Assembly: GCA_044892505.1 (NCBI GenBank)
Contig: CM097883.1
Span: 191,952,001 to 192,016,000 of the forward strand
Direction: 5' to 3'
Source of the DNA: Schmidtea nova
Taxonomy: Eukaryota
Length of the DNA stretch: 64,000 bases
The position numbers and the translations under genes are program-made. This document shows positions 11,296 to 21,055 of the stretch, one piece after another (position 1 is the first letter of the stretch; every line of letters starts with the position of its first letter). The notes under the pieces were generated by a model. The model saw only the letters and a list, made by a program, of their open reading frames with translations. It made no database searches and was not told the DNA's origin.

Positions 11296-12708
11296 CTACT
11301 CTAACCATCCTTTCGTTGACTTCGTGTTCATCGCTGTTGTACTTGCTTTCTTTTCGATCTCCAACTCTACATATAAGTTGTCGTCGTACAACATCTCCCA
11401 CATTGTTTGGTGTGGTATGAATTTTGGTTCTCCAGTCGCTAATGAACATTCTGTGGTTGGTCTTTTGTAAGCTTCGTGCTTACCATCAATTTTGAATACT
11501 CTCGCTATTGTTTCTTTCGAGTTTTTCACTCTCATTATAGCCTTTGTTTCTAGCGGCCATTCTAATATGTCGTCGTAACCACCTTTACACAACGCGAAGA
11601 ATAGTGACACATGCGTTTCCTTTCCTGATCCATCTCCATTTGGATAAATTCTCATTCGAACTTTGTATCCATTTTTCCACAGATAGAATGGTGGACTTGT
11701 TACCGACACTTGACTTCCTGCTTTTGCTGCCGCGAACTTTTCGTTGAAGTTCTTGATTTTCCATACATATGGTGCAACAGGTAAACTCTCAATATCCTCT
11801 GCATCTCGTATCCACATTTGATGTCGCACGTTTACTTCTTTTACCAATGTCTCTATGACTTTGATTTTCTAAATCATTTTCTCTCTGGTGAGCTCGAATT
11901 GCTCTCTCGTTTCCAGTAATAACTCCGTCATTATCTTCTGAGATTCGATTTCTTTTCCCAGCTTCTGTATGGTTTGTTCCATTCCGTTTAAATTTTCTGT
12001 TAGCATCTCTGCGTGTTGTACCGTCTCTGTTTCTAAATGCTCTTTCATTTCTTTGCTCGTTTTCTTTACTAGACATCCTTGTTTACTCCATACGCACTTT
12101 CTTGGTCTTGCTTCGCACTGTTCCCAATGTTCTCTCAACATCACTTCTTCTCCGGTTCCGCAATTACTTGGACAAATTCCTCTGAATTTTCCGCACACTT
12201 TCTCTTCTGCTACATTGAGATGTTCTGTTTCGATTATCTCTCTTGTCTCCCTTTGTTCACAGTATTGACATTCTATTATTTCTGCTTTGCACTCGTTCTT
12301 GTGACTTTTCAACTGCTTGATGGTTATCGTCTGTTGACACTTTTCACATGTTGCTTTCTTGTTTTCGCATTTCTCCAGATGTTGTCTGAGTTCGATTATT
12401 TGACCTTTCCACTCACATGGTTGGTTTATACATTCTGTTTTTATCTTCCAGATCTCCTTTTGGATTGCTTTGTCTGGTTTCGTCTCGTTGATTAGTAGTT
12501 TATCGCCACACTCTGGACACTTTCTTATCTCACTTTCACTGATTATTTGCAATATACACTTGGTGCACATCCTGCATCCACATTCCGTTTGCCTCGGTTT
12601 TAACAGTAGATTTTTACACTTTACACACGTCACATTTACTCCCCATTGTCGATTTTCTCCTCTTAGAATTTCGATCGTTTGGTAATCTGCTTCGCTTTCT
12701 GCTCTCAT
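11296..12708 (-). CDS. TRAF-family protein (RING, TRAF zinc fingers, coiled coil, MATH) with one in-frame TAG at 11869-11871
   Basis: RING CVKC..LLKPRQTECGCRMC..C..CPEC, Zn fingers, MATH YVWKIKNF..SPPFY..GYK..YPNGDG..HVSLF. ORFs 11869-12708 and 11296-11847 are in the same frame (MI*KIKVIETLVKEV). Confidence 0.92.
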
Positions 12709-12799
12709 TCTACAACAATATTTACATCAATTTCCCCCATATTTTTGATTTTTTCTGGTTCTTTATTTACACGTATTTACACAATTTTCCGCTTATTCA

Positions 12800-13150
12800 C
12801 TATACATCCTCCGTTGAATCTGGCTCTGGATACACGTCTATCTCATTTACAATCCAGCTCGTCCAACTATCCGGTATCTCTTCCTCTTCATGTCTCGTTA
12901 ATCGGTCAATTTCCTCTGCTTGCCAATTGTTCACTTCATTCAATGTTCGGTTCTCGTTCTGTAATTCGTTTATCTGTATTTGTTGGATCTCGATTTTGTT
13001 CATTGCTTCGAAATTACAGTTATGACTTTCGGTTAATAATTGCGTTTTGGCCGTCAACTGGCTCTGTAATTCGTTTATTGTTCTGGCTAGCAGGTCACAT
13101 TGCACTTTCCATCTTGTCATCATCGACATCTCTGTGGTTTCTTGATTCAT
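12800..13150 (-). CDS. 116-aa coiled-coil protein with acidic tail
   Basis: Heptad-like Q/E/N-rich ORF. TAG 7 nt before the ATG. Composition matches the rest of the element. Confidence 0.65.
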   Translation of the reverse strand: MNQETTEMSMMTRWKVQCDLLARTINELQSQLTAKTQLLTESHNCNFEAMNKIEIQQIQINELQNENRTLNEVNNWQAEEIDRLTRHEEEEIPDSWTSWIVNEIDVYPEPDSTEDV

Positions 13151-13273
13151 CGTTTTTCTAGATTATATACATCATTCTCTTTTTTCTGTTTTTATGTTTT
13201 ATAATATTTATACCCATACGTATACGGTTATGCATTGGTTTTTACACTACTATTTACACTCATATTCCACCCT

Positions 13274-16200
13274 CTATACAATCACCACTGGTTTTCCTTC
13301 GTACAGTTCCTCGTCCTCGATCTGTACCCACATCTCTTCATGTTTTGATCGTCTTTTCAGCTCTTCTCGTACTGCTTTTGGTAGTTTTATGTTGTAATTC
13401 GTGACCTTAACTTCTGGCCATTTTACTGCTATGGTCTTATTTCTCATGCCATATCTCCAACATACTATCATGATCGTTATCAGCGGTATACACGCTATGA
13501 ATACTCCCATGCTGATTAATCCCATTATTGTTTTCCCGATGCTCATTTTCGGAGCTTCACTTTGGTTTATCATCACGCCATATTGACCTTTCCATTCCGC
13601 TTCCCATTGTTCATATTGTTGTTGTCTCTGTCTGACTTCTTCGATCACTTTCTCTGGTTCCCATCTTTCTTGTTGGTTTGGTATTTTTTCCTCCTTCTCG
13701 TTTTGTTCTCTCTTCTGACTCAATTCTCGGAATTCTAACTTTTTGATTCTCCTCTTTATCGGCGTGTAATAGGTTTCGCACCTTTCTTGTGGATTTCCTT
13801 GTGCGTCCACTTCTTCGATTGCACACACTTCGTATTCTGCGTTTGTTTTCAACTTCCTCATTTCTACCTCGATTATTTCTCCTTTATCATTTGATGTCTT
13901 TTGACAGTTTCGTGGGGACTTTCCCATACTGTTTGGCATTAATGTCCAACAGATTTCTAGGACTTTTTTATGGATCTTCCATATTATCAACGTTGTTGAT
14001 TCCAGTTCGTTTTCTATTGTCGTCTTTTCTGTTGTTGTCTGTTGAGTTCCTTGACTGTTGGTTGTCGTGATTCTTCTTGACTTTCTTTTCCTCTGTCGAC
14101 TTCTTCCCATTTCAATCGTTCTCGTTCCGTTAATTTGCTCTGGCGTCTTGTACAGTTTGCACTCCAGGCTTCTTTGTATTACTTCTCTTATTCTTCGGAT
14201 TACGCAAATTTCATATGTTTGTCCGACTTCGAATCCATTTAGCTGAAACGGGATTCCTCGTTCTCTCGTTCTGCATTGCGGTATTATGGTGTTGGTCGGT
14301 ATTCCGATGTATTTTCTCCAACACATCCCAATTGTTCTCCGACCAATGTTTTTTATCTCCACGGTTACTACTTCATTCGCAATCATTTCTTGATCTTGTT
14401 TCTTTCTTTTTGGGAACTCAATTATCTCCTTTGCTTGGAACACTTTACACTCGCTTGTTCCTGGTCTGTTTCCGTTTGCTGCCTTTTCCATGAGACATAG
14501 TTCACATTTTTTATCTGTCTCTATTTCTGTTATTTCGATTTCTTCATTTGTCTCTGCTTCCCGACTTTCTCTTGTCTCGCTGATTCCAATTACTTCATTA
14601 TTTCGTCCCCAACATCTTCCATTCGTTGTTCGTTGATCTTGGATGTTTACTAACGTCATCACGCTGATATCTATGTCTTCCATGATTCTCTTAATGAGGA
14701 TTAATATTAATGCTACACATATCAATTCTGGTTGGAATGTTAATTTTCCCGCTGGACTTTTGGTTATTCTTTCTTTCTCTGTTCGGTTTCTGATTCCCTC
14801 TTCTGCTTCGGTTTGATTCTTCTCTTTCTCTGATTCCACTTCTGTTCTTCTCGTTGTCTCTTCGCTTCTTTTCTCAATCCATTTCTGTATCTTCAGCGCT
14901 TCCGTTGCTTTGTATAATTGGCATGCAGTTACTTGAGGTGCTTTTGGTTCTCCTCTCTGCTTTATTGCGCATATTATGTATGACTTTTCTTTCTCCAATC
15001 CTTTGATTTGGATGACGTCTCGCTTCAAATCTGACAATATACACTTCAGCGTATCGTTTTTCTTCAGGTTTTCTTTCCAGCATATTCTTTCGTATACTTC
15101 GTTTCCTCTGATTATCTCTAGCGTGACGTATTGTTTCTTGGCTTCTCCTTGTCCGATGATTGTTATCAATATCGCGATACACAACATTTCCGGTCTTAAA
15201 AGTAGACTTCCTGTTCGTTTTCCATAGTTCGTACTTTCGTCTTTTGTTCCTCTGTTTTCTCGTTCTTCGGCTTCTCCTTTCTTGTCGTTTCTCGTTGGCT
15301 TCGGTTCTTCTTGTCTTTCTCTTTCATTATCCTCCGTTCTTTTGTTGTCATTGTCTTCGTTGTTCTCTTCGTTGTTGCTTTTGTCGTCGAAGTCTCTGTA
15401 ACCACCCCCTGGTCCTTTGAAAATGTCGTCCTCGACATTAATTTCTTCAATCAATCTCTCATACGCTTGAACCGCGAGTGTGCTAGACTCGAATTCACGT
15501 ATTTCCATATCCTTGGATGGTTCTATGTCTTTTAATCTACTTTGCTTGATCGCTTCTTTGGCATTTGCCCATTCATTCACATATTTTCTGAACAAGTCTT
15601 TCCACCCTCCTATTCGTTCCTGTTCCTTTGGATTGTTCGTGAATTTCAAATCTCTTCTCTTCAGGAATTCTTCAACAATCTCTGGCTTTTTGTGTCTTAA
15701 TAACGCGCTTCTGATACACCAATTCTGATTCTGTTCCATATGGTCATTGATCTTGAACGCTGGTTCCTTGGTGACCGGATTCACCCATGTTAGTAATGCT
15801 CTTGTCTTTTCTATGTCGTGTATCATTATTGTTAGACTGAAATTCTTTACGTTATTTGCCAGGTATTCTATGTCCTCTTGTCTCTTGATGGACTTTATGA
15901 ACTTGATCATTTCAAAGTTGTTCCATTGTATTGCGATATCTATGATGGAATTATTCTTTCCATTTTTCCCTTCGATTTTTGCTCCTGCTTCGTATAATTC
16001 ATTTAGCACTTTCCATTTCGTCTTCTTTCTTGCTGCGATTATCATGATTGTATCTCCGTTGTCATCGACCGTATTCATGTCTGCTTCGCACTTGACCATC
16101 GCTTTCGTTATTTCTAGCACTTCGTTTTCTTTCTTTCGACGTAATGCCCAGTGTATCGGTAATCTCCCATCCTTTGATAAAAGGAATGCCACTGGCATTT

Positions 16201-17032
16201 GATTTTTGATCGTTTCTATGTCGACCTCGTGATAATCCCCTTGTGCATATCTGTGCACTTTCTCTGTAGTCGCTCCTAGTATCTCCAATGAGTTTTTATT
16301 CTCCTTGAATTCCGATAATCTTTCTTGTGCTTTTGCTACGATTGCGTCTAGTCTCTCTTGATAGTCAGCTTTTGCATTGAACAACACTGCTTTGCTTCTT
16401 ATTCGTGTTTGCATCTGTTTCATCCGTTGGTCTTGATACACTGCTTGTCTGAAGAATTGTCCATATTTCAATGCTTCTATCAGCTCTTTATATCGCTTGC
16501 TTATTTCTTTGTGCTGCTTTTGGATGTCGTAGAAATGTTTGAAGCTCATATCCGGATTCCATTGCTTATCACACCATTTCTTGATTAATCCGAATAATTC
16601 TTTCTTTCGGTCATCCAACTTGTATTCTCTTGGGTTCTCGCTAACCCGTAACGTATCTCTCGCTATTAACACTGCAAGTGTTTTTGGATCGTATGTTACC
16701 TCTAGTAGATGTTTCAGTAACGCATTTTCTCCCCTTATGAACACTTCATTACAATCTATGACCCACGAATCTCCTTCTGGTCGTTTCCACTTTAGCAGTA
16801 TCCTCCAGGTTTTACTGTTCTTTACTCCGATTGCTTGTTTCATGATCGATCCTCTGGTCAGTTCATCGATTTCCCACGTGGTATTTTCCGTAATATACTT
16901 CAGTATTCGGTGATTCGCTCTGTCAATTGCATGATTCAAGAACGTTCGTCCTTCTTTATCTTTTGCCATCCAATTCGATCTGGTGTTTCCGAATAGCTTG
17001 ATTATTTCATCGTTTCTTCCATGAATGGTCAT
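13274..17032 (-). CDS. Polyprotein part 3: ankyrin repeats, hydrophobic segments, four Cys-containing FN3-like modules, C-terminal TM
   Basis: ANK motifs (GRTFLNHAI, GRLPIHWAL, GDTIMIIAA). Repeats CW...C...Y(E/I)(I/V)C...C. TM IMGLISMGVFIACIPLITIMIVCW. In frame with pol across TGA 17033-17035. Confidence 0.85.
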   Translation of the reverse strand: MTIHGRNDEIIKLFGNTRSNWMAKDKEGRTFLNHAIDRANHRILKYITENTTWEIDELTRGSIMKQAIGVKNSKTWRILLKWKRPEGDSWVIDCNEVFIRGENALLKHLLEVTYDPKTLAVLIARDTLRVSENPREYKLDDRKKELFGLIKKWCDKQWNPDMSFKHFYDIQKQHKEISKRYKELIEALKYGQFFRQAVYQDQRMKQMQTRIRSKAVLFNAKADYQERLDAIVAKAQERLSEFKENKNSLEILGATTEKVHRYAQGDYHEVDIETIKNQMPVAFLLSKDGRLPIHWALRRKKENEVLEITKAMVKCEADMNTVDDNGDTIMIIAARKKTKWKVLNELYEAGAKIEGKNGKNNSIIDIAIQWNNFEMIKFIKSIKRQEDIEYLANNVKNFSLTIMIHDIEKTRALLTWVNPVTKEPAFKINDHMEQNQNWCIRSALLRHKKPEIVEEFLKRRDLKFTNNPKEQERIGGWKDLFRKYVNEWANAKEAIKQSRLKDIEPSKDMEIREFESSTLAVQAYERLIEEINVEDDIFKGPGGGYRDFDDKSNNEENNEDNDNKRTEDNERERQEEPKPTRNDKKGEAEERENRGTKDESTNYGKRTGSLLLRPEMLCIAILITIIGQGEAKKQYVTLEIIRGNEVYERICWKENLKKNDTLKCILSDLKRDVIQIKGLEKEKSYIICAIKQRGEPKAPQVTACQLYKATEALKIQKWIEKRSEETTRRTEVESEKEKNQTEAEEGIRNRTEKERITKSPAGKLTFQPELICVALILILIKRIMEDIDISVMTLVNIQDQRTTNGRCWGRNNEVIGISETRESREAETNEEIEITEIETDKKCELCLMEKAANGNRPGTSECKVFQAKEIIEFPKRKKQDQEMIANEVVTVEIKNIGRRTIGMCWRKYIGIPTNTIIPQCRTRERGIPFQLNGFEVGQTYEICVIRRIREVIQRSLECKLYKTPEQINGTRTIEMGRSRQRKRKSRRITTTNSQGTQQTTTEKTTIENELESTTLIIWKIHKKVLEICWTLMPNSMGKSPRNCQKTSNDKGEIIEVEMRKLKTNAEYEVCAIEEVDAQGNPQERCETYYTPIKRRIKKLEFRELSQKREQNEKEEKIPNQQERWEPEKVIEEVRQRQQQYEQWEAEWKGQYGVMINQSEAPKMSIGKTIMGLISMGVFIACIPLITIMIVCWRYGMRNKTIAVKWPEVKVTNYNIKLPKAVREELKRRSKHEEMWVQIEDEELYEGKPVVIV

Positions 17033-20000
17033 TCACATGAGTGGAGTGATTCCTTCCCAATTCACTTTGTCAATTTCCCCTCCACCTTCGAGTATCATCT
17101 CTACGATCTCTTTCACCTTCTCGTTTCCCCCGTGCTTGATTGCATTGTGCAACGCGGTGTTACCCTCTTTATCCTGTAGATTCAATGTTTGAGGGATTTC
17201 CTCTAGCAGCGTTCTTGTTATTGGATGTGCTGTTCTATCCTTCGCATACTCCATTATATTCTTTCGAACTTCCGTCAGTATATTGAAATCGAACCACCAT
17301 TTCCATTCTGGTATAATTTCTCTGGTCCTCCTGACCAGTTCTTTGATGTCTATTATCTCCCTTCGGTTGTCTTCCAGATTTGTTTGCGGCTTTTGTTGTA
17401 CTCGTAACATATTAATTCTCGCCGTCTGTGATCTTGTCATCACCCGTTTCTCTGGTGATAGAGTTGCTGTCTTTGGTATTTTCCTGCATCGACATGCATT
17501 CACGTATATTGGTCTTACCAATGGATTGTTCACCAATCGTACTCGCACATTATTTTCATTTACTGTTGTTATTTCGTATGGCCCTTTGCCTGGTCGTTGG
17601 AGTTTCTTGACCGTACCGGGTATTATCTCTGGTGTCTCGACTATCACCCAATCTCCAACTTTTAAATCATGTGCTTTCACATTCTTTTTCTGATCATGCA
17701 GATCTTTGTAACTCTCTTGATAGAACTTGATGTTTAGTTCCGCCGTTTTCCAGATTTCTTGCATTCTTTCTTTGAACTTTGTAACGTAATCGTCAACCTC
17801 CATGTACTGTGATAATGGTGGTTGGTATTCCAAATCGATCGGTAAGTTGCAATCTCTTCCGTACATTAGTTGGAATGGACTTAGCTTTGTTGCCGCATGT
17901 ATTGACATTCTGTATGCCATTAAACACAAGTTGATATATTCGTCCCAGTCGGTTTGATGTTTACTGACGTAATTCGACAACATGCGTATCAATGTTCCAT
18001 TGAACCTTTCTGTTTGACCGTTCGTTTGTGGATGGTATGGGGATGTTCGTAATTTCGCAATTCGGAAGTAATTCGTGACTTCGTCTAATATTTCACTCAT
18101 GAAGTTCGTTCCTTGGTCCGTTAGGATTTTCTTGGGTGTTCCGTATCTGCAGCATATCTCTTCTACCAATATTCTCGCGACTGTTTTTGCTTTTTGATCT
18201 GGTATTGCGAATGCTTCTGGGAACTTTGTTAGATAGTCCGTAACTACTAAGATATACTGATTCCCCTTTGAGCTTTCCGGCAATGGTCCAACTACGTCCA
18301 TTGCTATCGTTGCCATCGGTTCTGCGGGTATTGGCATTGGTTTTAGTGGTGTTTTCCACTTCGTTCCGACGTTCTTTCTTGTCGCACAGGTTAGGCAGTT
18401 CTTTATCCATTCTTTCACATCATCTTCCATGGTTGGCCAAAAATACTTTTGTCTCAGTCTCCCGATTGTCTTTTTCGTTGACATATGTCCACCTAATTTT
18501 CCGTCATGATATTGAGTCACGATTTCCTTTCGTCTATTCGCAGGTAAGCACATCAATCTCCGTTCTCCATCTTGTATCAATAACCATCCTTTTTCCATCA
18601 CATATCTATGTTGATATTTCTGCATATGTTCGCGCAACGTTTGGTTCTTGTCGAATATTTCTATTTCCCTTTCTTCCAAATACTTGCTGATCATTCCCAA
18701 CTCCTCGTCTTCGAGTTGATCTTTCCTTAGTTCGCTAAAATCCAAATCCTCCGCTATTAATGCACATATTTTCAGAGCGTTTAGGTTCACCAATTCGGGA
18801 AATGTAAACCTTGACATGCAATCCGCGTTTGCGTTTGCTTTTCCTGCTTTAAACTTTATGAATGGCGAGTATTCCTGCAACTGCATCGCCCAACGCATCA
18901 ATTTACTTGATGATTCTTTGTGTTGACCTAACCATACCAATGGTTGATGATCTGTCGTGATATATATTTCATGACCCCACAATAGGTACTTGAAATGCTT
19001 GATTGCTAATATTATTGCATAGGCTTCTCTTTCCGTGACTGAGTAATTCCTTTCATGCTTCCTGAACGTTCGACTGTAATATCCGATTACTCTTTCCTTG
19101 CCTTCTTCGTCAAATTGGCCTAGTACTGCTCCTGCTGCATATCCACTTGCATCTGTTGCCAACAGAAATGGCTTCTTAAAATCTGGATGGACCAGTATTG
19201 GTGCTGTAATCAGCTTATCTCGTAATGTTTCAAATGCTGCTTGCTGTTCTGCTCCCCATACAAACGACACATCTTGTCTTACCAATTCTTGCATTGGTTT
19301 TGATATTCCTGCATAGTCTTTGATAAACTTTCGATAATATCCACACAATCCCAAAAATTCTTGTATTTGAGTCACTGTCTTTGGTGGTGGACATTCTTTG
19401 ACCTTTTCGATATTCCTTGGATCTGGTTCTTTTCCTTTTGCTGATACGATGTGACCTAAGAATGTCACTTTCTCTTTTGCCCAATCGCACTTTGACGGCT
19501 TCAGTTTCAGTTTCCACTGTCTCAATTTCACGAACACATTTCTGATGTCTTGTAAGTGATCTTCAAATGTTGCGGAGTAGATCAATAGATCGTCGATATA
19601 CACCATGCATTGTTTTATGCCATGTGTCACGAAATTCATGCATCTCTGGAATGATGCTGGCGCGTTTGTTAACCCAAACGGCATTTTCTTGAATTGGTAC
19701 AGATCTCGTCCGATTGTAAATGCTGTCTTCTCTTTATCCTCGTCTTTCATTTTGATCTGCCAATATCCGCTTTTTAAATCCAGTGACGTGAAATAAGCTG
19801 CTCCTTGTAACGTCAATAACATTTCATTTATGTCTGGCAGTGGGTACGTATCTCTTTTCGTAACTGCGTTCAATCGTCTGTAATCGATACAGAATCTCTG
19901 AGTTCCATCCTTCTTTTTCACCATCACCACTGGGAATTGCCAGGGTGAGCAACTAGGTTCGATGACCTCTGCATCTAACATCTTTTGTACCTCTTCTTCT

Positions 20001-21034
20001 GCCACTGCTTTTTGAGCTTCTGCCAGTTTATATGGTCTTAATGCTATTGGCGTTTCGTCCGTCAACGGTATCGTGTGTAAGGTTACGTCACATGTTCCTA
20101 AATCCAGATCTGATGCTGCGAATATATCTTTATATTCCATCAACAGTTTCTGTAACTGTTCTTTTTGTCGTTCGTCTAACAACACACTGTCGATTTTCCA
20201 TGGTAATTCGTCTTTGCTTTTCTCGTTCTTGTCTGGTATTTCGATTTCGGACATGGGTGTCAATTTACCCAATCTCTCATTCTCGTATATTATCTTGTCC
20301 TCTTCGTCAAAGTTTACCAGATTAATCGGTATTTCTCCTTCTTGGTTTATCGTGACCAATTCTCTTGCCATTGGTAATTCTTTCTTTGCTTCGAACTTCT
20401 TACTTGGTTCGAATACCATATCTCCCTTTATTGTTGAATCGATCTTGACATAACACATCATTTCGTGTCTCGCTGGCACTACTATTTGTTCTGCACTTGC
20501 CACTTTAACTTTCATTCTGCAGATTTTTCCTGTTCTGTCTTTTAGCTTCATTGCTCCTAGATCAATTACGATTTCCTTGAACAGGTCTGGCATCAGGTCA
20601 GTTCCAATAATACATGGTACACTCAGCGATGGTATTACAGCGATGTACGTGTTGATTTCTGCACCTCGATGCTTAATTTTTACAAACCATCTTCCGGCTA
20701 CTTCTACTGTCTCTTGACTGCATGCGATTACATGTACATTCGTCTTCTCAATTTCTCCTTGGTTTTTCTCTGGTATATAGTTGATGTCGATCGCCGAAAT
20801 ATTCGCGCCTGTATCGATCATAGCTTCGATTTCTCTTCCGTTTATTTCTACGGTTGTTGTTAAGATCGGTCCCATATTTGTGGACATAACTGCTATCGTG
20901 TGCGTGTCTTCCAACGGGTCTACACTTCTGCATCGTTTTACTTTGCATCCTTCTGGAATTATCGGGTATATGCTTGTCATCGGCATCATCTGCATCATAT
21001 TCGGCTTCGCTTTGTATATCGGTTCGTTATACAT
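17033..21034 (-). CDS. pol: Pol: aspartic protease, RT, RNase H, integrase (HHCC, DDE, GPY), start of ankyrin repeats
   Basis: MIDTGAN (PR), VYIDDLL (RT), ATDASGYAAGAVL (RH), H..GGH..CLTC, MDVVGP, TDQGTNF, GQTERFN (IN), GKGPY, EGNTALHNAI (ANK). Confidence 0.98.
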   Translation of the reverse strand: MYNEPIYKAKPNMMQMMPMTSIYPIIPEGCKVKRCRSVDPLEDTHTIAVMSTNMGPILTTTVEINGREIEAMIDTGANISAIDINYIPEKNQGEIEKTNVHVIACSQETVEVAGRWFVKIKHRGAEINTYIAVIPSLSVPCIIGTDLMPDLFKEIVIDLGAMKLKDRTGKICRMKVKVASAEQIVVPARHEMMCYVKIDSTIKGDMVFEPSKKFEAKKELPMARELVTINQEGEIPINLVNFDEEDKIIYENERLGKLTPMSEIEIPDKNEKSKDELPWKIDSVLLDERQKEQLQKLLMEYKDIFAASDLDLGTCDVTLHTIPLTDETPIALRPYKLAEAQKAVAEEEVQKMLDAEVIEPSCSPWQFPVVMVKKKDGTQRFCIDYRRLNAVTKRDTYPLPDINEMLLTLQGAAYFTSLDLKSGYWQIKMKDEDKEKTAFTIGRDLYQFKKMPFGLTNAPASFQRCMNFVTHGIKQCMVYIDDLLIYSATFEDHLQDIRNVFVKLRQWKLKLKPSKCDWAKEKVTFLGHIVSAKGKEPDPRNIEKVKECPPPKTVTQIQEFLGLCGYYRKFIKDYAGISKPMQELVRQDVSFVWGAEQQAAFETLRDKLITAPILVHPDFKKPFLLATDASGYAAGAVLGQFDEEGKERVIGYYSRTFRKHERNYSVTEREAYAIILAIKHFKYLLWGHEIYITTDHQPLVWLGQHKESSSKLMRWAMQLQEYSPFIKFKAGKANANADCMSRFTFPELVNLNALKICALIAEDLDFSELRKDQLEDEELGMISKYLEEREIEIFDKNQTLREHMQKYQHRYVMEKGWLLIQDGERRLMCLPANRRKEIVTQYHDGKLGGHMSTKKTIGRLRQKYFWPTMEDDVKEWIKNCLTCATRKNVGTKWKTPLKPMPIPAEPMATIAMDVVGPLPESSKGNQYILVVTDYLTKFPEAFAIPDQKAKTVARILVEEICCRYGTPKKILTDQGTNFMSEILDEVTNYFRIAKLRTSPYHPQTNGQTERFNGTLIRMLSNYVSKHQTDWDEYINLCLMAYRMSIHAATKLSPFQLMYGRDCNLPIDLEYQPPLSQYMEVDDYVTKFKERMQEIWKTAELNIKFYQESYKDLHDQKKNVKAHDLKVGDWVIVETPEIIPGTVKKLQRPGKGPYEITTVNENNVRVRLVNNPLVRPIYVNACRCRKIPKTATLSPEKRVMTRSQTARINMLRVQQKPQTNLEDNRREIIDIKELVRRTREIIPEWKWWFDFNILTEVRKNIMEYAKDRTAHPITRTLLEEIPQTLNLQDKEGNTALHNAIKHGGNEKVKEIVEMILEGGGEIDKVNWEGITPLM

Positions 21035-21055
21035 TGATTGAGGTGGAGCGCTGTA

